Source: an uncultured virus (IMG/VR IMGVR_UViG_3300027796_000194)
Taxonomy: Duplodnaviria; Heunggongvirae; Uroviricota; Caudoviricetes
Reading direction: 5' to 3' (one strand)
Length of the DNA: 64,000 nt
IMG/VR virus record: IMGVR_UViG_3300027796_000194
The position numbers were made by a program, and so were the translations under genes. Below the pieces are notes generated by a model, which saw only the letters and a list, made by a program, of their open reading frames with translations, was not told where the DNA came from and did no database searches. Shown here one piece after another: positions 9,734 through 19,756 of the stretch. Position 1 is the first letter of the stretch, and the number at the start of each line of letters is the position of its first letter.

Positions 9734-11644
9734 TTACACAGACATACATATCTCATCATCACCAAACCACCCCTCCGACAGTACGTGTTGTTTCACAGCT
9801 TGCGGATTGGCGGAATAACAAACTATAGCCAGACTTTGTTGAGCGCGACTGCATGTAACGTACAACAAGCGGCGAGTTCTATCGATGCCAGTCTCTTCTC
9901 CTGCTTGTTCGTGTTCAATGTCCGTCTTTGTCTTTCCTTTTACACCAAACAGTTTTTCATAACTAAAAAGAAATCCGCGCGCCGATTCATCATCGATAAT
10001 AACCATCACGCGCGGGAATTGTAGACCCTTAACTCCTTGATGCGTGTCAAAATCAGCACAACCTTGGATGTACTCTATGTATCCTTCTAGCTGCGCAAAT
10101 TCGGAGATAAGCATTTTGTCCCACGCAGAAATCTGAGAGGAATCTTCTTCACTTTCCTCAGTGGTTGAGTCGATGGATTCCTCTGCGGCCTTCTGCTCTT
10201 CCTCACTTCTTGCGGCAATGGTCTGTAGTTTCCCCGGAATCTCAAAAAGCCCCGTTTTCTGAACAGAACGAAGAACATCAACAAATCGCGGCTCTTTCCC
10301 TTCCGTCCATAACAACAACAAATCTTCAACCGCCTTCCTTGCTTTGAGGATTTGTTCTGACTGCTTCTCTGGATTTGCCTTCAATGTTTCCTTGGACAGT
10401 AAAGGGGAAAACTTTCTAACGATTGCTGCAACCTTGAATTTGTCCCCGGCCTTTTGAGCCCTAATTAAAGGCAATACTTGATCGGAGAAAAACTTAATTC
10501 CTGCAAGGGAGCCATCTAAGAGACCGATGTTCAGTGTGCCTTGTTTATATAAAGGCTCGAACATCGGCAAAAAGCCCATTCGATGGGCCGCCATGTGATG
10601 TTCGAGTATAAGGGTCTTGACGCCGTTGTTTTGCCATTCCGGATCGCCAGTAACCGTTTGCATGTGGTTGGCGGCTTTTCGTTCAAGGGCCGGTTTACCT
10701 TCGGCTGCGCTGGGAAGAATGAATATCCGAACCCACCCATCTTCTTTATCTGATCTCGGCTTTTGTTCCTGTTCGTCAACAGCAGCCCGGATTTTATTTA
10801 TCAGCCGGATTATTCGCTTGGGACTACGGTGATTTATAGTTTTGGCTGGTCTAGCCCAGTCAGGGGGCAGATTGCGTCCAAGGTCAGGTTTCCCATCCGC
10901 ATAAATCCTTTGCATCATGTCGCCAAACAGACCTAAGCAGAACTGCTGTTCCCAAATTTTCTGAACTGCAAAAAACGATTCCATAAGTAATTTATTTGTG
11001 TCTTGGCTCTCATCGATCAACAGTACTGGAAATCGATTTACTAAAATTCGCTGCATTGTAGGCTTGTCTGTTAAAAACGAAGCCCCAATCTTTATCACTT
11101 CGCTATGATTTAAAGAATCTTTTCCAAGATTTTCACCATTCGGATTGTAGGTAAAAACCCTAATTTGATCGAGTTGAGCCAATCGCTCCTGTTTAGAAAG
11201 AATCGACCTCGCTCGGTCGGAAAAAGTTTTGGTTGTGTGGCTCTTCGCCTTGATTTGAAGTCCTTGGAGTTTTTCAACATCGCTGCGGAGGTTCTCTTTT
11301 AACCAAAGACGAATATCCGCGTTAAATCCTTTAATGAGAGACCAAACAAAACTATGAATCGTTGAAACTTCAATAAGCGAATCGTGATCGAGACGTTCTT
11401 CAATTTCATCCCGCGCCGCATTCGTATACGTAATAACTCCGACTCTTTGCCCCTTTAGCCGTAATTGTGAGGCACTTTCTTTGCGAAGGTCCCTTAGACA
11501 ATTAACAACCGACCGGGTCTTTCCTGAACCTGCGCCAGCAAAAAGAAAGAAGCTTTTTGGTTGAGAAAGATCAACGCACTTACCAATCTGAGCATCCACA
11601 GCTTTATCAATATCATCGTCTTTTATAAAAACTTCTGCGCTCAT
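9734..11644 (-). CDS. gajB: UvrD-like helicase, Gabija GajB-like
   Basis: Walker A 'AGAGSGKT', 'IDESQDT', 'GDMMQRIY', 'THQGVKGLQF', 'RRLLYVTCSRA'. Its start overlaps the end of the OLD nuclease gene. Confidence 0.85.
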   Translation of the reverse strand: MSAEVFIKDDDIDKAVDAQIGKCVDLSQPKSFFLFAGAGSGKTRSVVNCLRDLRKESASQLRLKGQRVGVITYTNAARDEIEERLDHDSLIEVSTIHSFVWSLIKGFNADIRLWLKENLRSDVEKLQGLQIKAKSHTTKTFSDRARSILSKQERLAQLDQIRVFTYNPNGENLGKDSLNHSEVIKIGASFLTDKPTMQRILVNRFPVLLIDESQDTNKLLMESFFAVQKIWEQQFCLGLFGDMMQRIYADGKPDLGRNLPPDWARPAKTINHRSPKRIIRLINKIRAAVDEQEQKPRSDKEDGWVRIFILPSAAEGKPALERKAANHMQTVTGDPEWQNNGVKTLILEHHMAAHRMGFLPMFEPLYKQGTLNIGLLDGSLAGIKFFSDQVLPLIRAQKAGDKFKVAAIVRKFSPLLSKETLKANPEKQSEQILKARKAVEDLLLLWTEGKEPRFVDVLRSVQKTGLFEIPGKLQTIAARSEEEQKAAEESIDSTTEESEEDSSQISAWDKMLISEFAQLEGYIEYIQGCADFDTHQGVKGLQFPRVMVIIDDESARGFLFSYEKLFGVKGKTKTDIEHEQAGEETGIDRTRRLLYVTCSRAQQSLAIVCYSANPQAVKQHVLSEGWFGDDEICMSV

Positions 11645-13956
11645 TTATTACACTCCGCCTTTGCGGTTAACCCCGTACCTTGCGATAAAATCTCTTCCTG
11701 CTTCTTCTTTAATTCGGCCCCAAGCCATTCAAGCCCCTCTTTTATGTAGGTGGGTATTTTCAAAGCTTGGGGGTCTTGCAAGAAAAGCAATTCTAACGAA
11801 AACTCTGCCTTGCTTTTGCATTCCTTCAAAATCTGAAAAAGTTCAGCCCCAAGTTCGGCACTTGTTGTTTTTGCACTGATTGCGTCCTTAAATTTCTTAA
11901 TCAACCCAGTTCCCACAAGACTTTTGAGCAATTTTAGGTTTTCATATGCAAACGCATCTTCAAAAGTGTTTGATAAAGCTTCTTCCTCTTGACCATTTTC
12001 GGCAAGAACAGCTTTTATCGGAATTTGGTATGCGACCCGAACGCCATTAGATAGGCTGTGTTTCTTCTCCTTCTTATCGGCAGTAAGACTTAGCAGGTCG
12101 TCAAGAGAACATTTTTCAGGAATCCATTTTTCTAAAGTAGCGTTTCCCGTAACAAGCCCTTGCCCGCGCACCGGCTGGCGAGATTGACGGTTAGCTTTCG
12201 GGTCTACGGCGTCAAGATCAGTGATGATTAAAGTCGTAAGACCAAGCTTATCAACAAGTGGGCGAAAACGATGGGCGTGGCTTCCGCCAATTTCAAGTAT
12301 GCTTATATACGCTTGGCTGAGTCCCTCGAACTGCGCCTGAATAAAATGTGGAACGAGCATTCGTTCCGCTGCCCCTTCAACAAGTATCGCGGCGTCTGCA
12401 AAAAATAAATCACAGTGAGTTGCTTTTAGATAGCGAGTTACAAATTTTTCCGTCTCATCTCCGGTCCCGAAAACCTCTGAAAGATTTTCGACGGTTGTTG
12501 TCGGCGCTTTACCGCCTTCTTCACAAGGCAGTCTTCGAAAATAACGAAGATCCTTAAACTCGCATTCATGGGCAATATGACTGGAGTGGGTGCTTACGAC
12601 AAGCTGCGTGCAAAGCGTCTCTTTATCTCCAAGCTGGTCGTGTTTGCGAAGGATGGCATACGCCTTGTTTATAAAAACCTGTTGCACCTGAGCATGCAAA
12701 TGAGCTTCGGGTTCTTCTATCAGAACAAGGTGCAGGGGCGCATGATCGAGGGACTCTCCTTCTTCAACGGGCCGCTTGGACGCTTTTCCAACTTTCATCC
12801 AGCTATCTCTAAAACTCATCAACCGGAAAACCATTGAGATCAGATTTTGGTATCCCAACCCGTTATATTCTTCTGGAAGACGTAAACTCTTGCCGTCGAG
12901 TTGCTGTACAACCTCATATTGAACAGCCGCACTATGATTGAGGCCATCTGTCGGACGAATCCTTGTTGCAATTGTAATTCTGGGATCGGTAACGCCGGGA
13001 TAACCTAATGCCTCGACCTCTTGAAGCGACGGCCCAAAACCGGTCTTTAGTCGTTCATCAAACAGTGATTGAGCGTCCTCGATAGCTTGAAGGGCCGCAA
13101 GATCGCTCGCCTCCGGCATATCGAATGGATCAAGATGCCTTGCATAATAAGAGCGAAGTTGTCCGGAGAGCCTTGGTTTTTCGTCACTGCTGTTAATATC
13201 GTCCTCAGCATCCGCAAATCCACTCGCGTCGGAGAACCCCCTTTGTGCATTAATTTGATTAATCCGAATTAGCCCCTTGAATGGGTCTCCATCAAGCGGA
13301 TCCGAGTCCATTGAGATAGGCTGAGGATTCGCTTTCCCACTCTCAGGCAATTTGCATTTGTCCTGATCTAAAATATAGCCCCTAACTTCAAAATGTCCCT
13401 TCAAACGACGGTCAAGAAAATCCCGCAAAGAGCAGGGCCACAGATTAACGGTTATTTTACTGGATTCGTCTTGCGGATTTTTTGCTGCTTCCTTTGCATC
13501 ACGAGCAGCGGTAGCAGCGGCAATAAACTCCTTATAAAGATTCTCAATTGATTTGGGCTCCAAGCGTAGCCGGACGCCTAATATGCCTTTTGTCCAATCA
13601 AGTGTTGGAAGCAGATGCCGAACATAATGGACTTCATTCTCCTTAACATCCAACCACACATCCAGCGCAGGCAGAAGTTTTTCCCACTTGGCAAGGTCAC
13701 GATCCTTGGCCTCATGCCCTCCTGCTTCTTCCAACCAAGCGGAACCAATCTCATTAATCGCAATCCAATTAGACAGCGTAAAATCATTTGTCGAAAAACT
13801 CTTACGCTCAACAAGAAATTGCCGGAGGGCAACCATTGCAGATGTTTTACCACTATTATTGGCTCCAACAAAAAGGGTTGTTTTTGAGGAGAAATCAATC
13901 CGAACGCTTTTCAGCTTTCGAAAGTTTTGAACTTCAACAAAAGCTATTCTCATCAT
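11641..13956 (-). CDS. gajA: OLD-family ATP-dependent nuclease (ABC ATPase + TOPRIM), Gabija GajA-like
   Basis: 'VGANNSGKT', 'IEEPEAHLH', 'STHSSH', TOPRIM 'LFFADAAILVEGAAE...ITDLD'. Confidence 0.85.
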   Translation of the reverse strand: MMRIAFVEVQNFRKLKSVRIDFSSKTTLFVGANNSGKTSAMVALRQFLVERKSFSTNDFTLSNWIAINEIGSAWLEEAGGHEAKDRDLAKWEKLLPALDVWLDVKENEVHYVRHLLPTLDWTKGILGVRLRLEPKSIENLYKEFIAAATAARDAKEAAKNPQDESSKITVNLWPCSLRDFLDRRLKGHFEVRGYILDQDKCKLPESGKANPQPISMDSDPLDGDPFKGLIRINQINAQRGFSDASGFADAEDDINSSDEKPRLSGQLRSYYARHLDPFDMPEASDLAALQAIEDAQSLFDERLKTGFGPSLQEVEALGYPGVTDPRITIATRIRPTDGLNHSAAVQYEVVQQLDGKSLRLPEEYNGLGYQNLISMVFRLMSFRDSWMKVGKASKRPVEEGESLDHAPLHLVLIEEPEAHLHAQVQQVFINKAYAILRKHDQLGDKETLCTQLVVSTHSSHIAHECEFKDLRYFRRLPCEEGGKAPTTTVENLSEVFGTGDETEKFVTRYLKATHCDLFFADAAILVEGAAERMLVPHFIQAQFEGLSQAYISILEIGGSHAHRFRPLVDKLGLTTLIITDLDAVDPKANRQSRQPVRGQGLVTGNATLEKWIPEKCSLDDLLSLTADKKEKKHSLSNGVRVAYQIPIKAVLAENGQEEEALSNTFEDAFAYENLKLLKSLVGTGLIKKFKDAISAKTTSAELGAELFQILKECKSKAEFSLELLFLQDPQALKIPTYIKEGLEWLGAELKKKQEEILSQGTGLTAKAECNK

Positions 13957-15313
13957 TCCCCCTATCATCCACAAAAACTTGGTTTTGGTCGCTCTCTGTA
14001 CCAGCTGTTGAATCTTGATGACTATGAATAACCGCCACGACAGCTTTTTTATCACGCAACACTGCATCTATAATTGTTGTAAAATCTTGGGTTTGTGCAG
14101 AAAATGAACCAATATATCCTGAGCGAAGCAGATCCATAAACGGAGATTGATGCAGAAATTGTCCATCAAGGCTTTCATACGTCAGACGAATTCCTCCGCG
14201 AGGACCTTTGCTTTTTGGGCTTTCAATATATTTCAGGTAATGATCTATGGGGAGGATAATGCCCCCGTGTCTGATGGCTCCGTCTCTTTTTACGAATTTT
14301 AGATAAAACGTTTCAGGATTAATTCGATATTCATGCGGGCCGGGGAGATGAGTTTTCGAGAACTTTTGCATCTTTTTAATTTGATCTTTTAATTTTTTAT
14401 CGGGGATATATTTCCAGTCACGCCCCCATTCTCCATCATATGGGTTAAGCATTTTATATTGCAGCATAATGATATTATTTTTTGTTTGGTTTAAATATAT
14501 AAGGTCAACCCCAAATGCCTCTTCGAGATTTCCTCGGTTCGCCGTATAAACTTCCAGTTGCTCGCCCGCTCTGCGAAAGACGGCTCGACCTGTAATGTCG
14601 CTATGAACTAGCTTATACCCCGGCATGTGTCTAGCATCATGCTCAACTACAGTGTCTTCTCTAAGACTAATCTGATCAAGCACCGATTCTCGTTTATCTG
14701 TCAGCTCAACTGATGTGGCTGGATCGTTGATCGTAAGACCAAAGGCACCCAACGCCGTACTAAGCGCATCAAGCTGGACTCCCTTAATAGTACGAAAGGT
14801 TTGTGGTGCGGAAATTGAAGCCTCAATCGCACGAAGGGTACTTTGGTTCGAGGGAAACGCCGCGAGTTTTTCTATGAGAAGACTGCTCAGTTTAGGGGTA
14901 AGATGGATAATAGAATCTGGGCTATTTAGCCTTGTTTTAAAATTCGTTGCATGTGGCTTCTCGGAGATCAGCTTTATAAGATCATCCTCAGAAGAAGGGG
15001 CAATCTGGGCGGCCTTTCTGACTTTAATTCTCGTGTCTAGCGTTGTTACACCGCCGCGTGAGCCAAGCACCCCCATAAAAAGGTTTTGTTTGTTGTCATC
15101 TCGCCCGACAAGGAGGCAAAGAGAAAGCGGGCTTATCCCATTTAATAAGCCATGAGGTTTTGCGAATGTAAATTCTGCGGTGCCATGTTTAGAACTACAC
15201 AACGCTTGCCATTCATCTTCACCAAACCGAATAACAACGACAGGTCTCTTTTCAACGGCTTTTTTAAGAGAGGAAAGCCAATCCGCCTTTATTTCTGAGG
15301 TATCAGCATTCAT
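13934..15313 (-). CDS. Putative PD-(D/E)XK nuclease with an unknown N-terminal domain
   Basis: 'LEEAFGVDLIYLNQTKNNIIMLQYKML' (D...QxK). Overlaps both neighbouring genes. Confidence 0.65.
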   Translation of the reverse strand: MNADTSEIKADWLSSLKKAVEKRPVVVIRFGEDEWQALCSSKHGTAEFTFAKPHGLLNGISPLSLCLLVGRDDNKQNLFMGVLGSRGGVTTLDTRIKVRKAAQIAPSSEDDLIKLISEKPHATNFKTRLNSPDSIIHLTPKLSSLLIEKLAAFPSNQSTLRAIEASISAPQTFRTIKGVQLDALSTALGAFGLTINDPATSVELTDKRESVLDQISLREDTVVEHDARHMPGYKLVHSDITGRAVFRRAGEQLEVYTANRGNLEEAFGVDLIYLNQTKNNIIMLQYKMLNPYDGEWGRDWKYIPDKKLKDQIKKMQKFSKTHLPGPHEYRINPETFYLKFVKRDGAIRHGGIILPIDHYLKYIESPKSKGPRGGIRLTYESLDGQFLHQSPFMDLLRSGYIGSFSAQTQDFTTIIDAVLRDKKAVVAVIHSHQDSTAGTESDQNQVFVDDRGNDENSFC

Positions 15314-16869
15314 GTTTTTCGAACCTCCGCGGGAATATCTTGCGGCATTCGCGGCAAGCTGACCTGACCCAAGGGAACTTCAAGATGAAGGTTCTTATGC
15401 AGAAATTCTACCGCATAAGACTCTGTGTCTCCATCCAGCATTGAAATGGATAAAGGAAATGTTTTCTGGACTGGCTGTGGAAGATTTGTCGCTGACAAAG
15501 TACACTTTATTGCTGTATTGCTGCCTTGCGGCATATTTTCTGGAATGGCAATCAAAAAAGAAACCCTTTTTGCCTTTTCTTGATGACGGAATTCCTCGCA
15601 ATCGAAGGAGAGGCTGTTACTACCTTCCTGACTACGCCAGTAAAATTCATCTCTTTCCCTGTTAACATCTAATGGATCAAGGCAGGAAGACAAAAAAGGT
15701 GAGAACCCATTTTCGAATAAACCCGTTTGTGACACAAAGGGATTTCGATATACTTTTTGCGGAGCCTTAGGTGGGAGAGGAAAAACAATATCATATTTGC
15801 TATTTTTATCTTTCGGTTTAGGCACACGGGAAAGCCTGATCGCTCCAAGGGCCTCTATCATTAAGATGGCATTTTGCGCAGGAACAGATCCTATATTATT
15901 AAGCGTAATAGTTATGCGCTTCACTCTCGAAGGAGCTTCAAGATTCTTGTTTAGGCATATAAAGAATGTCCGTGTTCTATCCACCCATTCAGGATATTCC
16001 TGTTCAAGATACGTTTGGATGGCTTTCTCACTTGGAGCTTCCCACTGCCTGTGAACATTCATTAGCTGAGAAATCGAATAAGCTGCTCCCGGCAACTCCC
16101 CAGCAGCAGCGGCATGCAGCTTTGACCCTGGCTTTGTTTTCTCGAAAACGGTTTGTTTAGGATGTAACTTTTGGGCTTGCTCTAACAAAGCATCAATCTG
16201 TCCATCTAGAAGTGCAGGAAAACGAACAAGGCTATGGGGTAATTTATGCGCTTTGTTCCCATCTGGATCTATCGCATCTATAACAATAGATGGGCTTTGG
16301 TTTTCTAGAACAGCTATGTGCTTTTCAAGTGCTCGGATCTTCTTTTCTGCCTCATCAGGTTCTCGAGGCAACCGCCAATGTGGACTGGTCTCATCTTCGT
16401 CCAGAGGAATATCTATAACACTTAGGCCCACATGACGTGCCGTGTCAGCCGCTCCACCATCATCGGTAAGGAATACTGCATCCGCCAAATGTGGGTTTGC
16501 CTTTTGCTGATCTAATATGTCCATAATCGCTCTATCATCTGGGCGATTTGGGTCAAGTATGTCCGGTTGAGATGCGCGAGGAACAGGCGACGGCAGCCAA
16601 AGGATTATTTTCGGATTTGTAGCCCGAAGTTCAATTTTGCCGTTCGCTCGGCTGGCATTCCGAAACTTTCCTACCCAATCTCTTGCTTTTTTCGAAATAC
16701 GTCCACGTCCAGCCGATTTAAGGCGGTCTATTTCTTCCCGTACAGTGCGGCATACAGCCAACGTTATCGTTTCTGCATCGGTGACCTCTGCCCACAGGCA
16801 TTCATCTGGAACTCGACATTCCAAGAAGAAGTTACTGTCTGGGAAAAGGATTATTTCAGAGTCCGCCAT
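15310..16869 (-). CDS. PIN-domain ribonuclease-like protein with coiled coil and beta-rich C-terminal domain
   Basis: 'FPDSNFFL...VREEIDRLK...PDDRAI...FLTDDGG' acidic PIN pattern. Confidence 0.75.
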   Translation of the reverse strand: MADSEIILFPDSNFFLECRVPDECLWAEVTDAETITLAVCRTVREEIDRLKSAGRGRISKKARDWVGKFRNASRANGKIELRATNPKIILWLPSPVPRASQPDILDPNRPDDRAIMDILDQQKANPHLADAVFLTDDGGAADTARHVGLSVIDIPLDEDETSPHWRLPREPDEAEKKIRALEKHIAVLENQSPSIVIDAIDPDGNKAHKLPHSLVRFPALLDGQIDALLEQAQKLHPKQTVFEKTKPGSKLHAAAAGELPGAAYSISQLMNVHRQWEAPSEKAIQTYLEQEYPEWVDRTRTFFICLNKNLEAPSRVKRITITLNNIGSVPAQNAILMIEALGAIRLSRVPKPKDKNSKYDIVFPLPPKAPQKVYRNPFVSQTGLFENGFSPFLSSCLDPLDVNRERDEFYWRSQEGSNSLSFDCEEFRHQEKAKRVSFLIAIPENMPQGSNTAIKCTLSATNLPQPVQKTFPLSISMLDGDTESYAVEFLHKNLHLEVPLGQVSLPRMPQDIPAEVRKT

Positions 16870-16945
16870 TAGTTAATACCCAACAATTTGCACAACAAAC
16901 CCTATACTGATCGGCTTGCCAGCACAATATTGTGGTTTTTCCCGG

Positions 16946-17030
16946 TTGACTACACGCCCGCTAATGCCCATCCTGTACAAAGAGGCGGAGAAAGTCCGTC
17001 TCTGGGGTGTAGTTACCTCTTGGTTAGCGG
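16946..17030 (+). promoter_or_regulatory. Promoter plus a1/b1-type antisense target sites (C4-like module 1)
   Basis: TTGACT-N17-CATCCT, then a hairpin. TAGTTA (17010) and TGGTTAG (17021) are complementary to unpaired regions of the downstream RNA. Confidence 0.65.
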
Positions 17031-17073
17031 TTCTAGCGTTGCCGTCACAAACGCTGCCTTTCGACCCCTATGG

Positions 17074-17154
17074 GCCGGGAGGCGGCGGTGTATGTCCAAG
17101 CCTCACGGCCAAAGGCCGTCGCAGTCGTCTAACCACGATTAACTAACTCCCGGC
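17074..17154 (+). ncRNA. C4-like structured antisense RNA, copy 1
   Basis: Three-way junction. P1 is GCCGGGAG/CTCCCGGC and the core is TGTATGTCCAAGCC-N4-GGCCAAAG. Homologous to 32585-32665 with compensatory changes. Confidence 0.7.
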
Positions 17155-17208
17155 TCGCCAGAGGAAACCTCTTCTGGCGAGCTGATTTGCTCTTAGCCGG
17201 GAGGAGTT

Positions 17209-17646
17209 ATGCAAAAAAGATCCATTCTGTTTGTTTTGTTCTTCTTGTGCGCCTGTGCAAACAGAAGTGCTCCAGCATATGCAACCAATAGCGCAACCAC
17301 AGCAAAACCAAGCCAACGATATGAACAGACCATGGCGCAAACACGCATGGATACGACAGTTTGTATTGCCAAGGCCAACGCTGCCGTTCCGGGGGCCGGG
17401 GACTTGCTTGATGCGCAGACCTTACGGGATCGGCTGCGTGTGATTGAATGGAGCAAGCTTGTTGAAGACTGTTCGAGAGAAAAAGGGCTTCCCTACCACG
17501 ACTATTCCTACCCCTCGCTGGACGATATGAAGCGTTGTGAACGTGATGGCAAAAATGAAATGCCCAATGCGAAGCGAGAAGAACAAAGTGCCTACCTTGA
17601 AAGCTGCTTAGAAGTCCAAGGCTTTACTTTCCCATGGTATCACTAA
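17209..17646 (+). CDS. Putative lipoprotein
   Basis: Signal peptide with lipobox 'LCAC'. Strong SD GGAGGAG. Paired cysteines. Confidence 0.75.
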   Translation: MQKRSILFVLFFLCACANRSAPAYATNSATTAKPSQRYEQTMAQTRMDTTVCIAKANAAVPGAGDLLDAQTLRDRLRVIEWSKLVEDCSREKGLPYHDYSYPSLDDMKRCERDGKNEMPNAKREEQSAYLESCLEVQGFTFPWYH

Positions 17647-17659
17647 TAGGAGATGGGTT

Positions 17660-18196
17660 ATGGCTCTAATCGACTGTCACGAATGCGGGAAGTCCATAAG
17701 CAGCAAGGCAAAGACGTGTCCTCAGTGCGGAGCGAAAAGAAAAAGCCATGTCGGACGGCTTCTTCTTGCCTACGTAATTCTGAGCATTATTCTCGGCAGT
17801 GGCGCGAAAACAATGATAAGCATCGAGAAAGCTGAAAAAGACAAACTAGAAACCGCTCGCGTCGCCGCTCTTACGCCTGAACAACGGGCCGCCGAAATGA
17901 AGCAACGGGCGTCCGAGCAGAAGGCACAGGCCGAAGCCGGAAAAGAAACAACGGCGGTCTATGTCTGCCGGGATTTTATCAAAAAAACGCTCAAAGACCC
18001 AGACTCTGTTGAATTTATTGGTATGTCCTCAGAAACGCCGGTCACCAAAGAAAAAGATGGCCTTTATAAAGTCGGCGTTGCCGCACGCGCTAAAAATAGC
18101 TTTGGAGCAACAGTTCCATCGGTTTTCTTGTGCCGCGCAAGATATGTTGGCGGAGATAATTGGACTCTTGTAAGCATGAAAGAAGCCCCCATGTAA
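17660..18196 (+). CDS. Zinc-ribbon membrane protein
   Basis: 'CHECGKSISSKAKTCPQCG', one TM segment, C-terminal 'LKDPDSVEF...AKNSFGA' domain. Confidence 0.8.
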   Translation: MALIDCHECGKSISSKAKTCPQCGAKRKSHVGRLLLAYVILSIILGSGAKTMISIEKAEKDKLETARVAALTPEQRAAEMKQRASEQKAQAEAGKETTAVYVCRDFIKKTLKDPDSVEFIGMSSETPVTKEKDGLYKVGVAARAKNSFGATVPSVFLCRARYVGGDNWTLVSMKEAPM

Positions 18197-18240
18197 CGTT
18201 TCCACAACTGCGGAGAGAGTGCGAGGTGGTTTCTAAGTGG

Positions 18241-18302
18241 GTCACTAGCGCAGTTGCGGGGTCGTTTCGTACCCGTATGTACGCACCCCTTCGGGAGTAC
18301 CT
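18241..18302 (-). other. Lambda-like cos (cosQ-cosN) packaging-site candidate
   Basis: Minus strand GGTACT-...-TACGGGTACGAAACGACCCCGCAACTGCGCTA parallels lambda GGGTCCT...TTACGGGGCGGCGACCTCGCGGGTTTTCGCTA. Confidence 0.45.
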
Positions 18303-18409
18303 TGGCGTTTTAAGGCCCCAGCCTGTTCCCTTTCCCCCACCCCCTATGGATATAGATGTGTAGCAAAAAATTATACCGTAGGGCACCGTCCATAGTTCCA
18401 TATTCTGAA

Positions 18410-18901
18410 CTAAACAACGTCCAATGGCGTTTGCCCCTCCTGCTTAAATTCAACTGTTGATACTGATTGCTCAGAATTTGATACCGGATTCTGATTTTTA
18501 GACTGCATGTGCCAACGCATAAATTCCTTGGTTGCAGGCATGCCGTTATATTCTTCTTCGGTCAGAATCCATGTCGTGGCATGCCTCCGCTTTAAATGAA
18601 AGCTTCCACGTTCTTTCGCTCGGATAAAACCATTCTGTTCTAACTGTTTCAAAGCCTTTGAAGCAGTTCCTATGGATACGTTGATCAATAACGCAGCATC
18701 CCTAACACTCATAAACAATTCGCCGTTATTGTGCCCATTGTACAAAAGCTTCAATTCGACATACAAAGCCCGCCCATCACTCGGTAGGTTTCGATAGGCC
18801 GGGCTGGCCGTCATATATTTATGGATCATAGCATAGCGCATTTTGCCAACACTACGGCCATTCGAGGCAACAGCTTTTCCGATTTTTCTTTTCTTCGTCA
18901 T
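18410..18901 (-). CDS. Winged-HTH protein (satellite replication/regulatory)
   Basis: 'YNGHNNGELFMSVRDAALLINVSIGTASKALKQLEQNGFI'. Confidence 0.75.
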   Translation of the reverse strand: MTKKRKIGKAVASNGRSVGKMRYAMIHKYMTASPAYRNLPSDGRALYVELKLLYNGHNNGELFMSVRDAALLINVSIGTASKALKQLEQNGFIRAKERGSFHLKRRHATTWILTEEEYNGMPATKEFMRWHMQSKNQNPVSNSEQSVSTVEFKQEGQTPLDVV

Positions 18902-18904
18902 GGC

Positions 18905-19117
18905 TTAACCCTCCGTCTGGCTAGAGGGGGCTTGCGGGCGGCTCACCCGTATGCGCATTTCGACAAAGGTATCAATTTCCTCCTCGATCCACCCGACAGA
19001 ACGTGCCGATATTTTGATGGACTTAGGAAACGTGCCGTCGATCATGCCTTGGTAGATGCTGCTTCGGGACTTGCCAGTTCGGCTGATAACGTCAGGTAGC
19101 CTGATTATTTTTTTCAT
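18905..19117 (-). CDS. alpA: AlpA-family regulator/excisionase
   Basis: 'IIRLPDVISRTGKSRSSIY...GTFPKSIKISARSVGW'. Confidence 0.9.
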   Translation of the reverse strand: MKKIIRLPDVISRTGKSRSSIYQGMIDGTFPKSIKISARSVGWIEEEIDTFVEMRIRVSRPQAPSSQTEG

Positions 19118-19197
19118 CGCGTGTATCCTTTCAAAGTTGGTTGGACTTGTCAGGATACTGGCTTTGGCGGATGCAGTTGTCAGGGTGCTGGAATAGC

Positions 19198-19746
19198 CTA
19201 TTTCTTCCCTTTCTTATATCTTTCGGGAATCGTCTCCTTGGGAAAGGACTTATAGTACTCTGGATTCCCGCATCCCTTATAGTATTCTTCGGCCTCTTCT
19301 CGCCCCATCCATCCCTCGTACATATCCGTGAGGTGTTCCCAAGAAAGCGTAGGCGCAGTTCCCCATTCTGATTCCCGATAATTTGATGCCGCCAACTTTG
19401 CAGATACTGCTTTCGCTGCCTCGTTTATTTCAAAACCATGCGCAATCAAGGCGGCAATATCTCTCAACAATAAATTGTTTCTGTAAGCTAGGTGTGCTTG
19501 CTTAAAAGGCGGTGGTTCTCCTTTAGTAGTAGATTTTAGTTCCATAATCACATCAAGACTGGTCTTCCCTTGGCTTTTATTCCAAGATCGCAAACACTTC
19601 TCGATCCATTCGAGGAAAACTGGCTCGGGATATTTACCTTTATCGCGGGCTTCTAAAAACGCCCATATTCTCTGTAACGACTCCGGTGTCTCGTAGTGTC
19701 GTACAAACTTAGCCTTACCTTTCGCCGCACCTTTGCTTTTCGACAT
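19198..19746 (-). CDS. Hypothetical protein between int and alpA
   Basis: 182-aa ORF with a GAGG SD, co-oriented with the integrase. Confidence 0.7.
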   Translation of the reverse strand: MSKSKGAAKGKAKFVRHYETPESLQRIWAFLEARDKGKYPEPVFLEWIEKCLRSWNKSQGKTSLDVIMELKSTTKGEPPPFKQAHLAYRNNLLLRDIAALIAHGFEINEAAKAVSAKLAASNYRESEWGTAPTLSWEHLTDMYEGWMGREEAEEYYKGCGNPEYYKSFPKETIPERYKKGKK

Positions 19747-19756
19747 ATCAACCTCG

